Shown: in pieces, positions 28,631 to 37,458 of the stretch
How the letters are laid out: every line of letters begins with the position of its first letter
How positions within the stretch are numbered: the first letter of the stretch is position 1
Assembly: GCA_964449655.1 (NCBI GenBank)
Contig: CAYUZP010000003.1
Span: 1-43,339 of the forward strand
Source of the DNA: an uncultured Oscillospiraceae bacterium
GTDB taxonomy: Bacteria > Bacillota > Clostridia > Christensenellales > Aristaeellaceae
Length of the DNA stretch: 43,339 nt
Direction: 5' to 3'
Notes under the pieces: generated by a model
Told to the model about the DNA's origin: nothing
Databases searched by the model: none
What the model saw: only the letters and a program-made list of their open reading frames with translations
Position numbers and translations under genes: made by a program

Positions 28631-30166
28631 TTGAGCGAATCGGAGTACATCATCGAGATGCTTGACATCACCAAGGCGTTTCCAGGCATCGTCGCGAACG
28701 ACCACATCACGCTCAAACTGCGTCGAGGCGAAATCCACGCGCTGCTGGGCGAAAACGGCGCGGGCAAGTCCACGCTGATGAGCGTGCTCTTCGGGCTGTA
28801 TCAGCCGGAGAGCGGCGAGATCCGCAAAAACGGCAAACCCGTGCGCATCAAGGATCCCAACGACGCCAACGCGCTGGGCATCGGCATGGTGCATCAGCAC
28901 TTCAAGCTCGTCGAGGTCTTCACTGTGCTTGACAACATCATCCTCGGCGTGGAGCCGGTCACGGGCAGGCTGGGCTTCCTGCAAAAGGCGCAGGCGCGCG
29001 AAAAGGTGATCGCGCTGAGCGAAAAGTACGGCCTGAAGGTCGATCCCGACGCGCTCGTCGAGGACATCACCGTAGGCATGCAGCAGCGCACGGAGATCCT
29101 CAAGATGCTCTACCGCGAAAATGAGGTGCTCATATTCGACGAGCCGACGGCCGTGCTCACGCCGCAGGAGATCGAAGAGCTGATGAAGATCATGAAGGGC
29201 CTCGCCGCCGAGGGCAAGAGCATACTGTTCATCACGCACAAGCTGGACGAGATCAAGGCCGTCGCGGATCGCTGTACCGTTCTGCGCAAGGGGAAATGCA
29301 TCGGCACGGTCGACGTCGCCACGACGAGCAAGGAAGAGCTCAGCGAGATGATGGTCGGCAGAAAGGTGCAGCTCGCGCTGGACAAACAGGCCTCTATGCC
29401 CGGGGAGAGCGTGCTGACCGTGCAGAACCTGACCGTGCGCGGCAAAAAGCGCGGCAAACCGCTGGTCAGCGACGTCTCCTTCAGCGTCAGGCAGGGGGAG
29501 ATCGTCTGCATCGCCGGCATAGACGGCAACGGGCAGAGCGAACTGGTCTACGCGCTGACCGGTCTTTTGCGCGCGGACAGCGGGCACATCTTCCTGCGCG
29601 GCACCGATATCACGCACGCCACGATACGCCAGCGCGCGCTGCGCGGCATGAGCCACATCCCGGAGGACAGGCATAAGCACGGGCTTGTGCTCGACTTTTC
29701 GCTTGAAAACAACCTCGTGCTCAAGCGCTATTTTACGCCCGCGTTCAGCCATCACGGCTTTCTCAAATTCAGCGAGATCAGGCAGTACGCAAGCGGGCTG
29801 ATCGAGCGCTTTGACGTGCGCTGCGGACAGGGGCCCTCGACGATCACGCGAAGCATGTCCGGCGGCAATCAGCAGAAGGCGATCATCGCCCGCGAGATCG
29901 ATCTGGGCAACGATCTGCTCATCGCCGTGCAGCCCACGCGCGGGCTTGACATCGGCGCCATCGAGTACATCCGCCGTGAGCTTCTCGCGCAGCGCGACGC
30001 GGGCCGCGCGGTTTTGCTCGTATCGCTGGAGCTTGACGAGGTGCTGGAGGTTCCCGACCGCATACTCGTCATGTACGAGGGCGCGATCACGGGCGAACTC
30101 GATCCGCGCTTTACGACGGCGCGGGAACTGGGGCTTTATATGGCCGGCGCGCAGCGCAGCATGTGA
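28631..30166 (+). CDS. ABC transporter ATP-binding protein, duplicated-cassette type (nucleoside/simple-sugar importer, NupO/RnsB-like)
   Basis: Two cassettes: Walker A GENGAGKST, and a second degenerate P-loop GIDGNGQSE. TTG start 28631 follows AAGGAGGG. The upstream 54 codons of the ORF cover the terminator. Confidence 0.9.
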   Translation: MSESEYIIEMLDITKAFPGIVANDHITLKLRRGEIHALLGENGAGKSTLMSVLFGLYQPESGEIRKNGKPVRIKDPNDANALGIGMVHQHFKLVEVFTVLDNIILGVEPVTGRLGFLQKAQAREKVIALSEKYGLKVDPDALVEDITVGMQQRTEILKMLYRENEVLIFDEPTAVLTPQEIEELMKIMKGLAAEGKSILFITHKLDEIKAVADRCTVLRKGKCIGTVDVATTSKEELSEMMVGRKVQLALDKQASMPGESVLTVQNLTVRGKKRGKPLVSDVSFSVRQGEIVCIAGIDGNGQSELVYALTGLLRADSGHIFLRGTDITHATIRQRALRGMSHIPEDRHKHGLVLDFSLENNLVLKRYFTPAFSHHGFLKFSEIRQYASGLIERFDVRCGQGPSTITRSMSGGNQQKAIIAREIDLGNDLLIAVQPTRGLDIGAIEYIRRELLAQRDAGRAVLLVSLELDEVLEVPDRILVMYEGAITGELDPRFTTARELGLYMAGAQRSM

Positions 30167-30179
30167 GAGGAGGACATCT

Positions 30180-31310
30180 ATGGAAAAGAGACAAACCCTG
30201 CGTGCTCGCCTTGCCGCAAGCGAGGGATTCCTCTCGGTCGTGGCCTCGCTGATCTGCATCGTCATCGGTCTTTTGTGCGGCTTTGTCGTGCTCGCCGTCA
30301 TCGATAAGGAGCACGCGGTGAGCGACGGCCTGATGGTGATCCTGCGCAGCGGCATATCCAGTCCGCGCAACATGGGCACCGTGCTGGCCAATGCCGCGCC
30401 GCTGATCATGACCGGCCTATCGGTGGGCTTCGCGTTCAAGACGGGCCTATTCAATATCGGCGCGGCGGGGCAGTACACGCTTGGCGCGTTCGGCGGGCTG
30501 TACTGCGCCATCGTGCTCCATCTGCCGTGGACGATCTGCCTGCTCGCGTCTATGCTGCTTGGCGCGCTCTGGGGCGCGATTCCGGGATTTTTCAAGGCCT
30601 ATCTGAACATCAACGAGGTCATCTCGGCGATCATGTTCAACTGGATCGGTCTATACATGGTCAACGACATCATGTACGGCCGGGGACAGAGCCCGATGTA
30701 TGACATGTCCACGACGAAGACATACAGCCTGCGCAAGGTCTCCCCGGGTTCCATGATCCCCGATCTGGGCATGAGCGACCTGTTTGGCCGGCTGCAGAGC
30801 GTGACGATCGCCATATTCATCGCGATTTTCTTCGCCATCGTGATGCATGTCATCCTCAGCCGAACGACGTTTGGCTATGAACTCAAGGCCTGCGGCTTTA
30901 ACAAGGACGCGGCGCAGTACGCGGGCATCAATCACAAGCGCAACATCGTGCTGTCCATGACCATCGCCGGCGCGCTGGCCGGTCTGGGCGCGGGGCTTTA
31001 CTACCTTTCGACCGTCGCGGAGTGGAACCCGCAGGTCTCCACGGCGCTGCCGGCCATAGGCTTCAACGGCATCAGCACGGCGCTGCTCGCCTGCTCCAAT
31101 CCCATCGGCACGATATTCTCCTCGCTGTTCGTATCCTACATCACCGTGGGCGGCACGAAGCTCTCCACGCAGTATTACAGCAAGGAGATCGCCGACGTGA
31201 TCACGGCGCTGATCATCTACCTGTGCGCGTTCTCGATGTTGTTCAAAAACCGCATTCGCGCGCTGCTCATAGGACGCAGGCGCGTTCCGCAGGAAGGAGG
31301 CGGCGATTGA
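30180..31310 (+). CDS. ABC importer permease (NupP/YufP/RnsC-like)
   Basis: MEKRQTLRARL... start after GAGAGGAGG. It has GLSVGFAFKTGLFNIGAAGQYTLGAFGG and is polytopic. Confidence 0.9.
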   Translation: MEKRQTLRARLAASEGFLSVVASLICIVIGLLCGFVVLAVIDKEHAVSDGLMVILRSGISSPRNMGTVLANAAPLIMTGLSVGFAFKTGLFNIGAAGQYTLGAFGGLYCAIVLHLPWTICLLASMLLGALWGAIPGFFKAYLNINEVISAIMFNWIGLYMVNDIMYGRGQSPMYDMSTTKTYSLRKVSPGSMIPDLGMSDLFGRLQSVTIAIFIAIFFAIVMHVILSRTTFGYELKACGFNKDAAQYAGINHKRNIVLSMTIAGALAGLGAGLYYLSTVAEWNPQVSTALPAIGFNGISTALLACSNPIGTIFSSLFVSYITVGGTKLSTQYYSKEIADVITALIIYLCAFSMLFKNRIRALLIGRRRVPQEGGGD

Positions 31311-32233
31311 TGCTGCTCGTCAAATACACGCTGCTGTACACCGTCGTGCTGATGATGGTCGCCCTGGGCGGCATGTTCTCCGAGCACAGCGGCATCATCA
31401 ACATCGCGCTGGAGGGCATCATGGTGATCGGCGGCCTCGCGGGCGTCATCGCCATACGCATGTTGCCGCAGGAAGCGCCGGCCATCGTCATCGTCGCGGT
31501 GTCCATACTCGCGGCGGCCGTCGCCGGCATGGCCTATTCCGGGCTGCTCGCGTTCGCGTCCATCGCGCTCAACGCGGATCAGACCATCGGCGGCACGGCG
31601 CTCAACATGCTCGCCACAGCGCTGGCTATGGTCATCGCCAAGGTCGTCAACGGCTCCTCCTCCGCGAAGCTCGACTACAGCAACCGCGCGTTCATCTATG
31701 ACATCGGGCCGCTGACGATCAACGCGTTCCTGTTTGTCGGCATCGCGGCGCTGATCCTCTCCTATGTCGTGCTCTACAGGACGCGATTGGGGCTGCGGCT
31801 GCGCGCGTGCGGCGAACACCCGGAGGCCGCGGACAGCGTCGGCGTCAACGTCCGCAGGATGCGCACGATCGGCGTGCTCGTCTCCGGCGTGCTCGGCGGC
31901 ATCGGCGGCATGGCGTATATCATCCCCTCCGTATCGAGTTGGAATTTCGAGGTCGGCGTCTCCGGCGCGGGCTTCCTGGCGCTCGCCGTCATGATCTTTG
32001 GGCAGTGGAAACCCTTCCGCATATTCTTCGCGGCCGTGTTCTTCGCGCTGTTCAAGTCGCTCGCCAATATCGCCAGCTCCATCCCCGCGCTCGCCGCGCT
32101 CAACTGGACGCAGAACATGTATAACATGGTGCCCTTCATCGCGTCGATGGTCATCCTCGCGTTCACGAGCAAGAAGTCCCGCGCGCCAAAGGCCGAAGGC
32201 TTGCCCTACGAGAGCGGTTCCTCGCGCTCATGA
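31310..32233 (+). CDS. ABC importer permease (NupQ/YufQ/RnsD-like)
   Basis: The start overlaps the upstream stop by one base (TGATG). MFSEHSGIINIALEGIMVIGGLAG is typical of this permease family. Confidence 0.9.
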   Translation: MLLVKYTLLYTVVLMMVALGGMFSEHSGIINIALEGIMVIGGLAGVIAIRMLPQEAPAIVIVAVSILAAAVAGMAYSGLLAFASIALNADQTIGGTALNMLATALAMVIAKVVNGSSSAKLDYSNRAFIYDIGPLTINAFLFVGIAALILSYVVLYRTRLGLRLRACGEHPEAADSVGVNVRRMRTIGVLVSGVLGGIGGMAYIIPSVSSWNFEVGVSGAGFLALAVMIFGQWKPFRIFFAAVFFALFKSLANIASSIPALAALNWTQNMYNMVPFIASMVILAFTSKKSRAPKAEGLPYESGSSRS

Positions 32234-32244
32234 CAGCAGCATAC

Positions 32245-32281
32245 AAAAAGGACACAAGCGATCCTTGTGTCCTTTGCTTTT
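32245..32281. terminator. bidirectional intrinsic terminator between the ABC operon and recR
   Basis: Perfect 9-bp stem GGACACAAG / CTTGTGTCC with a 5-nt loop, an A-tract upstream and TTTGCTTTT downstream. Confidence 0.75.
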
Positions 32282-32323
32282 GACTTCATGCGGGGTTTAT
32301 GGGATCAAAGGCGCCTTGCGCGT

Positions 32324-32923
32324 TCACATCTCCCTGCGGCCCTCCATCGCCTTTGAGAGCGTCACCTCGTCCGTGTACTCCAGATCGCCGCCGACGGGCA
32401 GGCCGTGCGCGATACGCGTGACCAATACGCCCATCGGCTTGAGCAGCCGCGCGATATACGCCGCCGTCGCCTCGCCCTCGATATCCGGATTCGTCGCGAG
32501 TATGACCTCTTTGATGTGCTCGCTTTGAACGCGCTCTTGCAGCTCGCGTATGCGTATGTCCTCCGGCCCCACGCCTTCCATGGGCGATATCGTGCCGTGC
32601 AGCACGTGATAAGTCCCGTGAAAATCGCGCATACGCTCCATCGCGGCGACGTCCCGCGGGTCGCGCACGACGCAGAGCAGGCCGTTGTGGCGAGACGGGT
32701 CCGCGCAGATCGGGCAGGGGTCCTCAACCGTGTAATTGCCGCAGAGGGAACAGTATTTGACCATCTTGCGCCCTTCATAGATAGACGATGCCAATTCGCG
32801 CACCTGCTCTTCCGGCAGAGAGAGTATGTAATACGCAAGACGCTGCGCGCTCTTCACGCCGATGCCCGGCAGACGGGATAGCTGCTGCACCATGCGCGCG
32901 ATCGGCTCGATTTGATCGGCCAT
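32324..32923 (-). CDS. recR: recombination protein RecR
   Basis: 199 aa. HhH ([15 protein letters not shown]), C4 zinc finger (CSLCGN...CPICAD) and a Toprim domain. Confidence 0.95.
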   Translation of the reverse strand: MADQIEPIARMVQQLSRLPGIGVKSAQRLAYYILSLPEEQVRELASSIYEGRKMVKYCSLCGNYTVEDPCPICADPSRHNGLLCVVRDPRDVAAMERMRDFHGTYHVLHGTISPMEGVGPEDIRIRELQERVQSEHIKEVILATNPDIEGEATAAYIARLLKPMGVLVTRIAHGLPVGGDLEYTDEVTLSKAMEGRREM

Positions 32924-32926
32924 GCG

Positions 32927-33265
32927 TCACATCATCCCGTTCATGGCCGCGCCGCCCAGCTTTTCCATCTCGCTTTCGCGCGCCTCCTCGCCCTTGCGCA
33001 GCGCGTCGTTGACCGCCGCGATGATCATGTCCTGCAGCATTTCGACTTCCTCGGGGTCCACCGCGTCCGGCTCGATCACAAGGGAGAGGAGCTCGCGCTT
33101 GCCGCTCACCTTGCAGACGACGGCGCCGCCGCCCGCCGTGCCCTCATACTCGCGTTCGTCCAGCTCTTCCTGCATCTTCACCATCTGCTGCTGCATCTTC
33201 TGCGCCTGACGCATCAGCTGCTGCATATTGCCGCCCGGTATGCCCGGGAAACCGCCCTTTGCCAT
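32927..33265 (-). CDS. ybaB: YbaB/EbfC family nucleoid-associated protein
   Basis: MAKGGFPGIPGGNMQQLMRQAQKMQQQMVKMQEEL... The start ATG 33265 follows GGAGGAG, and the stop lies 3 nt before recR. Confidence 0.9.
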   Translation of the reverse strand: MAKGGFPGIPGGNMQQLMRQAQKMQQQMVKMQEELDEREYEGTAGGGAVVCKVSGKRELLSLVIEPDAVDPEEVEMLQDMIIAAVNDALRKGEEARESEMEKLGGAAMNGMM

Positions 33266-33318
33266 GAGCTCTCCTCCTGTTCTCTCGCGTCCATCGATAC
33301 CGATCTGTCCGCGCCGCA

Positions 33319-33786
33319 CTATCTTTTCACGGATTCAAACGCCTCGCGCGGCGACTTGAAGCCAAAGAGCACCTCGATCAGCCCGTCTCCGAACTGGTCG
33401 ATCGTCACGAAAGGCATGATCACCGCAAGGCGCACGGCGCTGGGGTCCAGTTTGCCGCTTCCCACGTGCACATAGGTCTTAAACCGGATCTCGCCGTCCT
33501 CCATGTTCAGCTCGAAGTTGCCGTTTCGCATGTTGTAATTCGCGCGCGTCAGGTATTCCGCGACGGCCAGACGGCTGTTTTCATCCGCGGAGAGCGGGAT
33601 CATCGTCACCGTCGAAAAGTTGTCCTCGCGCACGAGAATCAGCATCTGCGCGTTTTGCAGCTTGCAGTGGAGCTTCATGCGAATCGTCAGCACAGCGAAT
33701 TCTTTCCGCTCCTCAAACGTCGCGCGAATGCCCGCGGCGGAGAGTATCTCCTGAAGATCGCTTACGATCGCCTGAGAATATGCCAT
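33319..33786 (-). CDS. YbjN-like (type III chaperone-fold) protein, function unknown
   Basis: 155 aa. The start ATG 33786 follows GGGGAG, whereas the ORF-track ATG 33840 lies inside the -35 element. The fold assignment is by eye (alternating beta / amphipathic-helix pattern, ...YLTRANYNMRNGNFEL...). Confidence 0.55.
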   Translation of the reverse strand: MAYSQAIVSDLQEILSAAGIRATFEERKEFAVLTIRMKLHCKLQNAQMLILVREDNFSTVTMIPLSADENSRLAVAEYLTRANYNMRNGNFELNMEDGEIRFKTYVHVGSGKLDPSAVRLAVIMPFVTIDQFGDGLIEVLFGFKSPREAFESVKR

Positions 33787-33816
33787 GTCTATCTCCCCTT
33801 CAAAGCGTCTAAACAT

Positions 33817-33845
33817 AGTATACGCGTTTTGATGTTCCATGTCAA
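33817..33845 (-). promoter_or_regulatory. SigA-type promoter of ybjN-like-ybaB-recR
   Basis: Minus strand: TTGACA (33845-33840), 17-nt spacer, TATACT (33822-33817). Confidence 0.6.
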
Positions 33846-33934
33846 ATGATTCGCCGGTTTTGCAAAAAAGCCGGATATTCTTTCATATATTCGCGAAAAA
33901 CGCCGTTCATTTGCCAAAAAACGAAAGTTGTCGC

Positions 33935-33963
33935 TTGACACATGCACGATGTTGGTCTATAAT
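33935..33963 (+). promoter_or_regulatory. consensus SigA promoter driving the T-box leader
   Basis: TTGACA (33935-33940), exactly 17 nt, TATAAT (33958-33963). Confidence 0.7.
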
Positions 33964-33969
33964 GCTTCC

Positions 33970-34278
33970 CATATCAGCGTGCAAAGCGCTGACAAAAGAT
34001 GAACGGCGATGAAGGAGACGAGTACCCCGCGTTTTCGACAAGGGAGGCGCAGCCGTGGACTGAGAGCTGCGCGCAGGAACCCCGCGGGCGGAAAGAACAC
34101 TCCGGAGCCGGCGCGTCAAACAGCGCGTTTTCCCGCAAGCAAGGATAAGCGGGGACGCGAAATCAGGCGCGTCCGTATGATCCGCGTGAAGGATGAAAGA
34201 GGCCGTCCGGTGCAGGGCGGCAATTTGGGTGGTACCGCGGTTTTCCCGTCCCAGGCGAGCGCTTGGGGCGGTTTTTTT
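33970..34278 (+). promoter_or_regulatory. T-box riboswitch leader, specifier AAC (Asn), with terminator/antiterminator
   Basis: Stem I K-turn CGGC-GAUGAA-GGAG ... CUCC-GGA-GCCG. The specifier loop ends ...GAAAG-AAC-A immediately before CUCC (AAC at 34096-34098). T-box sequence CAATTTGGGTGGTACCGCGG (34221-34240). Terminator hairpin at 34246-34271 plus T7 at 34272-34278. Confidence 0.85.
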
Positions 34279-34306
34279 AGCCGATGAAGAAGGGGAGGCA
34301 GCAGAT

Positions 34307-35620
34307 ATGAAGACGATGACGGGGCAGACGCAGGGCAAAAGCAGCAGCCTGTCCGCGGTTTTGAGCATGGAGGAGGGGCAGCGCGCGTGTGTGCACGGCA
34401 TGGCGCATGTGGTGCGCGATCTGGGCGACGTGCGGTTCCTGCTGCTGCGAATGCCCGAGGGCGTGCTGCAGTGCGTGCTGATGAACATGCAGGACGACGT
34501 GCGCGAGGGCGACGCGGTGAGTGTCGAGGGCGATGTGGCGAGGGACGCGCGCGCGCCGGGCGGCGCCGAGCTGCACGTGACCGCGCTGCAGGTGCTCTCC
34601 CGCGCGGCGGAGGCGATGCCCGTGCCCATTGGCAAAAATCGGATGAACCTGTCGATGGATACGGATCTGGCGCTTCGGTTTGTGACGCTGCGCAACCTGC
34701 GCAAGCGCGCGATATTCAAGGTGCAGGAGGGCGTCGTGCGCGGATTTAGGGAGGCGCTCATGCGCGAGGGATTCACGGAGATTCACTCGCCCAAGATCGT
34801 CGCGCAGAATGCCGAGGGCGGCGCGAACCTGTTCCGCATGGAGTATTTCGGGCGCCGCGCGTATCTGGCGCAGAGTCCGCAGTTCTACAAGCAGGCGATG
34901 GTGCCGGTGTATGAGCGCGTGTTTGAGATCGGGCCTGTGTTCCGCGCGGAGAAGCACAACACACCGAGGCATCTAAACGAATACACATCCCTGGACTTTG
35001 AGATGGGCTTTATCGACAGCTTTGAGGACGTCATGCAGATGGAGACGAAGGTGATCAAACACATACTGCATGTGCTTGCCGAGGACTATGTGCCGCAGCT
35101 TTCCTTGCTGGGCGCGAAGCTGCCGCAGGTCGACGCGATCCCCGCCGTTCGCTTTGACGAGGCGAAAAGGAGGGTCAGCGAGAAGTATGGCCGCGCGATA
35201 CGCGACCCGTTTGATCTGGAGCCGGAGGAGGAGCAGCTCATATCGCGGCTGTTTGCCGAGGAATACGGCAGCGAGTTCGTGTTCGTCACGCACTACCCGA
35301 GCAAGAAGCGGCCCTTCTACGCGGCGGACGATCCCGAGGATCCGCGCTACACGCTCTCGTTCGATCTGCTGTTTCGAGGGATGGAAGTGACCACCGGCGG
35401 GCAGCGCATACACGATTACGCCGCGCAGGTCGAAAAGATGGTGAAGAAGGGGCTGGATCCCGCGGACTTTGCGGGCTATCTGATGATTCACAAGACCGGC
35501 ACCTGTCCGCACGGGGGCCTGGGGCTAGGACTGGAGCGGTTTACCGCGCGGCTGCTGGGCCTAGGAAACGTGCGCGAGGCGTGTCTCTTTCCGCGGGATC
35601 AGCAGCGAATTGAACCATGA
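34307..35620 (+). CDS. aspS: aspartyl-tRNA synthetase, short archaeal/AspRS2 type (probably non-discriminating)
   Basis: 437 aa. Class IIb motifs: FRMEYFGRRAYLAQSPQFYKQ, FRAEKHNTPRHLNEYTSLDFE and the C-terminal GGLGLGLERF. It is too short to contain the GAD insertion of bacterial-type AspRS. AAGGGGAGG RBS. Confidence 0.88.
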   Translation: MKTMTGQTQGKSSSLSAVLSMEEGQRACVHGMAHVVRDLGDVRFLLLRMPEGVLQCVLMNMQDDVREGDAVSVEGDVARDARAPGGAELHVTALQVLSRAAEAMPVPIGKNRMNLSMDTDLALRFVTLRNLRKRAIFKVQEGVVRGFREALMREGFTEIHSPKIVAQNAEGGANLFRMEYFGRRAYLAQSPQFYKQAMVPVYERVFEIGPVFRAEKHNTPRHLNEYTSLDFEMGFIDSFEDVMQMETKVIKHILHVLAEDYVPQLSLLGAKLPQVDAIPAVRFDEAKRRVSEKYGRAIRDPFDLEPEEEQLISRLFAEEYGSEFVFVTHYPSKKRPFYAADDPEDPRYTLSFDLLFRGMEVTTGGQRIHDYAAQVEKMVKKGLDPADFAGYLMIHKTGTCPHGGLGLGLERFTARLLGLGNVREACLFPRDQQRIEP

Positions 35621-35692
35621 CAAGCCGCGGCGTAGGAGAACGGATGATCAAAAGCGCGGTGGCCCAAAGCGATCAAAAAGGAGGAGGACGCG

Positions 35693-35980
35693 GTGGAAAT
35701 CACAGACGAACTGGTTGAGTATGTCGCACAGCTCGCGCATCTGAAGATAGACGGGACGCAGCGGGAGGAGGCTGCGCGGGACCTTGCGAGGATGATCGGC
35801 TATGTAGACAGCCTTTCAGCGCTTGATACGCGGGATGTGGAGCCGATGAGCCACGCGTTCCCCGTGGTCAACGTGTTTCGCGAGGACGAGGTCGAGGAGA
35901 GCATGGCCCGCGAGGAGATCCTGCAAAACGCGCCCGCGCAGAAGGACGGCTGCTTCCTGGTGCCCAAGACCGTCGAATGA
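35693..35980 (+). CDS. gatC: Asp/Glu-tRNA amidotransferase subunit C
   Basis: 95 aa. ...VAQLAHLKI...EEAARDL..MIGYVDSLSALDT..VEPMSH. GTG start after AGGAGGAGG. Confidence 0.92.
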   Translation: MEITDELVEYVAQLAHLKIDGTQREEAARDLARMIGYVDSLSALDTRDVEPMSHAFPVVNVFREDEVEESMAREEILQNAPAQKDGCFLVPKTVE

Positions 35981-35995
35981 AAGGAGGCGAATCGC

Positions 35996-37456
35996 TTGGA
36001 TTGGTTTGACATGACCGCGCTCGAACTGGGCGAGAGGATCCACTCGCGCGAGATCGGCGTTCTCGAACTGACGCGCGCGTGCCTTGACCGCATCGCGGCA
36101 AAGGAGGAAGAGGTGCACGCGTTCATCACCGTCACAGCGCCCGAGGACGCCTATAGGCGCGCTGAAGCGGTTCAAAAGCGGGTGGACAGCGGCGAATTGA
36201 CGCACCCGCTCGCCGGCGTGCCGATGGCGCTCAAGGATCTGATCTCCACGCGCGGCGTGGCGACGACGGCCGCTTCCAAGATGCTGCAGCACTATGTGCC
36301 CGTGTACGACGCGACGGTCGTCAAAAAGCTCGACGCCATAGGCGCTGTCTGCCTGGGCAAGACGAACATGGACGAATTCGCGATGGGCTCCTCGACGGAG
36401 AGCTCCTATTTCGGCGTGACGCGCAACCCGTGGGATTTGACCCGCGTGCCCGGCGGCTCCTCGGGGGGAAGCGCCGCGGCGGTCGCCTCGCGTGAGGTCT
36501 TCTACGCGCTGGGCAGCGATACCGGCGGTTCGATTCGCCAACCCGCGTCGTTCTGCGGGGTGACGGGTGTCAAGCCGACATACGGCGCGGTCTCGCGCTA
36601 CGGCCTGCTCGCCTACGCGTCCTCGCTGGATCAGATTGGCCCGCTGACGATAGACGCGGCGGACGCAGCTTCGGTCACGCGCGCGATCATGGGTCGTGAC
36701 CCGCGCGACAGCACGAGCGTCGATGTGCCGCTGCCCGCGCAGCCCGAGTGCGATTCGCTGTGCGGCAAGCGCGTCGGCATCCCGGAGGAATGCTTTGGCG
36801 AAGGCCTAAGCGAGGATGTGCGCGCGCGCGTGATGGATGCGGCGCAAGTGTTCAAAGCGCTGGGGGCCGAGCTCGTGCCCGTCCACATGCCGCTACTGCA
36901 ATACGCGATTCCCGCCTACTATGTGCTGGCCTGCGCGGAGGCGTCCAGCAACCTTTCCCGCTATGACGGCGTAAAATACGGCTATCGTCCGGAGCGGTTT
37001 GAGGATCTGCACGACATGATATTGACCGCGCGCAGCGAAGGTTTTGGCGCGGAGGTCAAGCGGCGGATCATGCTGGGGGCGTTCGCGCTGTCCAGCGGTT
37101 ATTACGACGCGTATTACAACAAGGCGCTGCGCGTCAAGGCGCTGATCAAGCGGCAGTTCGATACGTGCTTTGAGCAAGCGGACATGCTGCTTACGCCTGC
37201 CGCGCCGACGACGGCGTACCGCTTAGGCGAGCACGACGAGGATCCGATCAGCATGTATTTGGGCGACATATACACGGTATCCGTGAACATGGCGGGCTTG
37301 CCGGGGCTGTGCATGCCCTGCGGTTTTGACGCGCAGGGGCTGCCGGTCGGCGCGCAGCTCATCGGCCCCGCGTTTGGCGAGGCGCAGCTCTTTGATGCCG
37401 CGTATGCCTATCAGAGACACACATCCTTTCACAGATGCAGGCCGAGGGAGGATTGA
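35996..37456 (+). CDS. gatA: Asp/Glu-tRNA amidotransferase subunit A
   Basis: 486 aa. Amidase signature GGSSGGSAAAVA...GSDTGGSIRQPA. TTG start after AAAGGAGG. Confidence 0.95.
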   Translation: MDWFDMTALELGERIHSREIGVLELTRACLDRIAAKEEEVHAFITVTAPEDAYRRAEAVQKRVDSGELTHPLAGVPMALKDLISTRGVATTAASKMLQHYVPVYDATVVKKLDAIGAVCLGKTNMDEFAMGSSTESSYFGVTRNPWDLTRVPGGSSGGSAAAVASREVFYALGSDTGGSIRQPASFCGVTGVKPTYGAVSRYGLLAYASSLDQIGPLTIDAADAASVTRAIMGRDPRDSTSVDVPLPAQPECDSLCGKRVGIPEECFGEGLSEDVRARVMDAAQVFKALGAELVPVHMPLLQYAIPAYYVLACAEASSNLSRYDGVKYGYRPERFEDLHDMILTARSEGFGAEVKRRIMLGAFALSSGYYDAYYNKALRVKALIKRQFDTCFEQADMLLTPAAPTTAYRLGEHDEDPISMYLGDIYTVSVNMAGLPGLCMPCGFDAQGLPVGAQLIGPAFGEAQLFDAAYAYQRHTSFHRCRPRED

Positions 37457-37458
37457 GC

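Noticed and set aside
33907-34776. 289-aa minus-strand ORF
   Set aside because: It runs across the T-box leader, its promoter and the 5' part of aspS. It is Ser/Arg-rich with no RBS.
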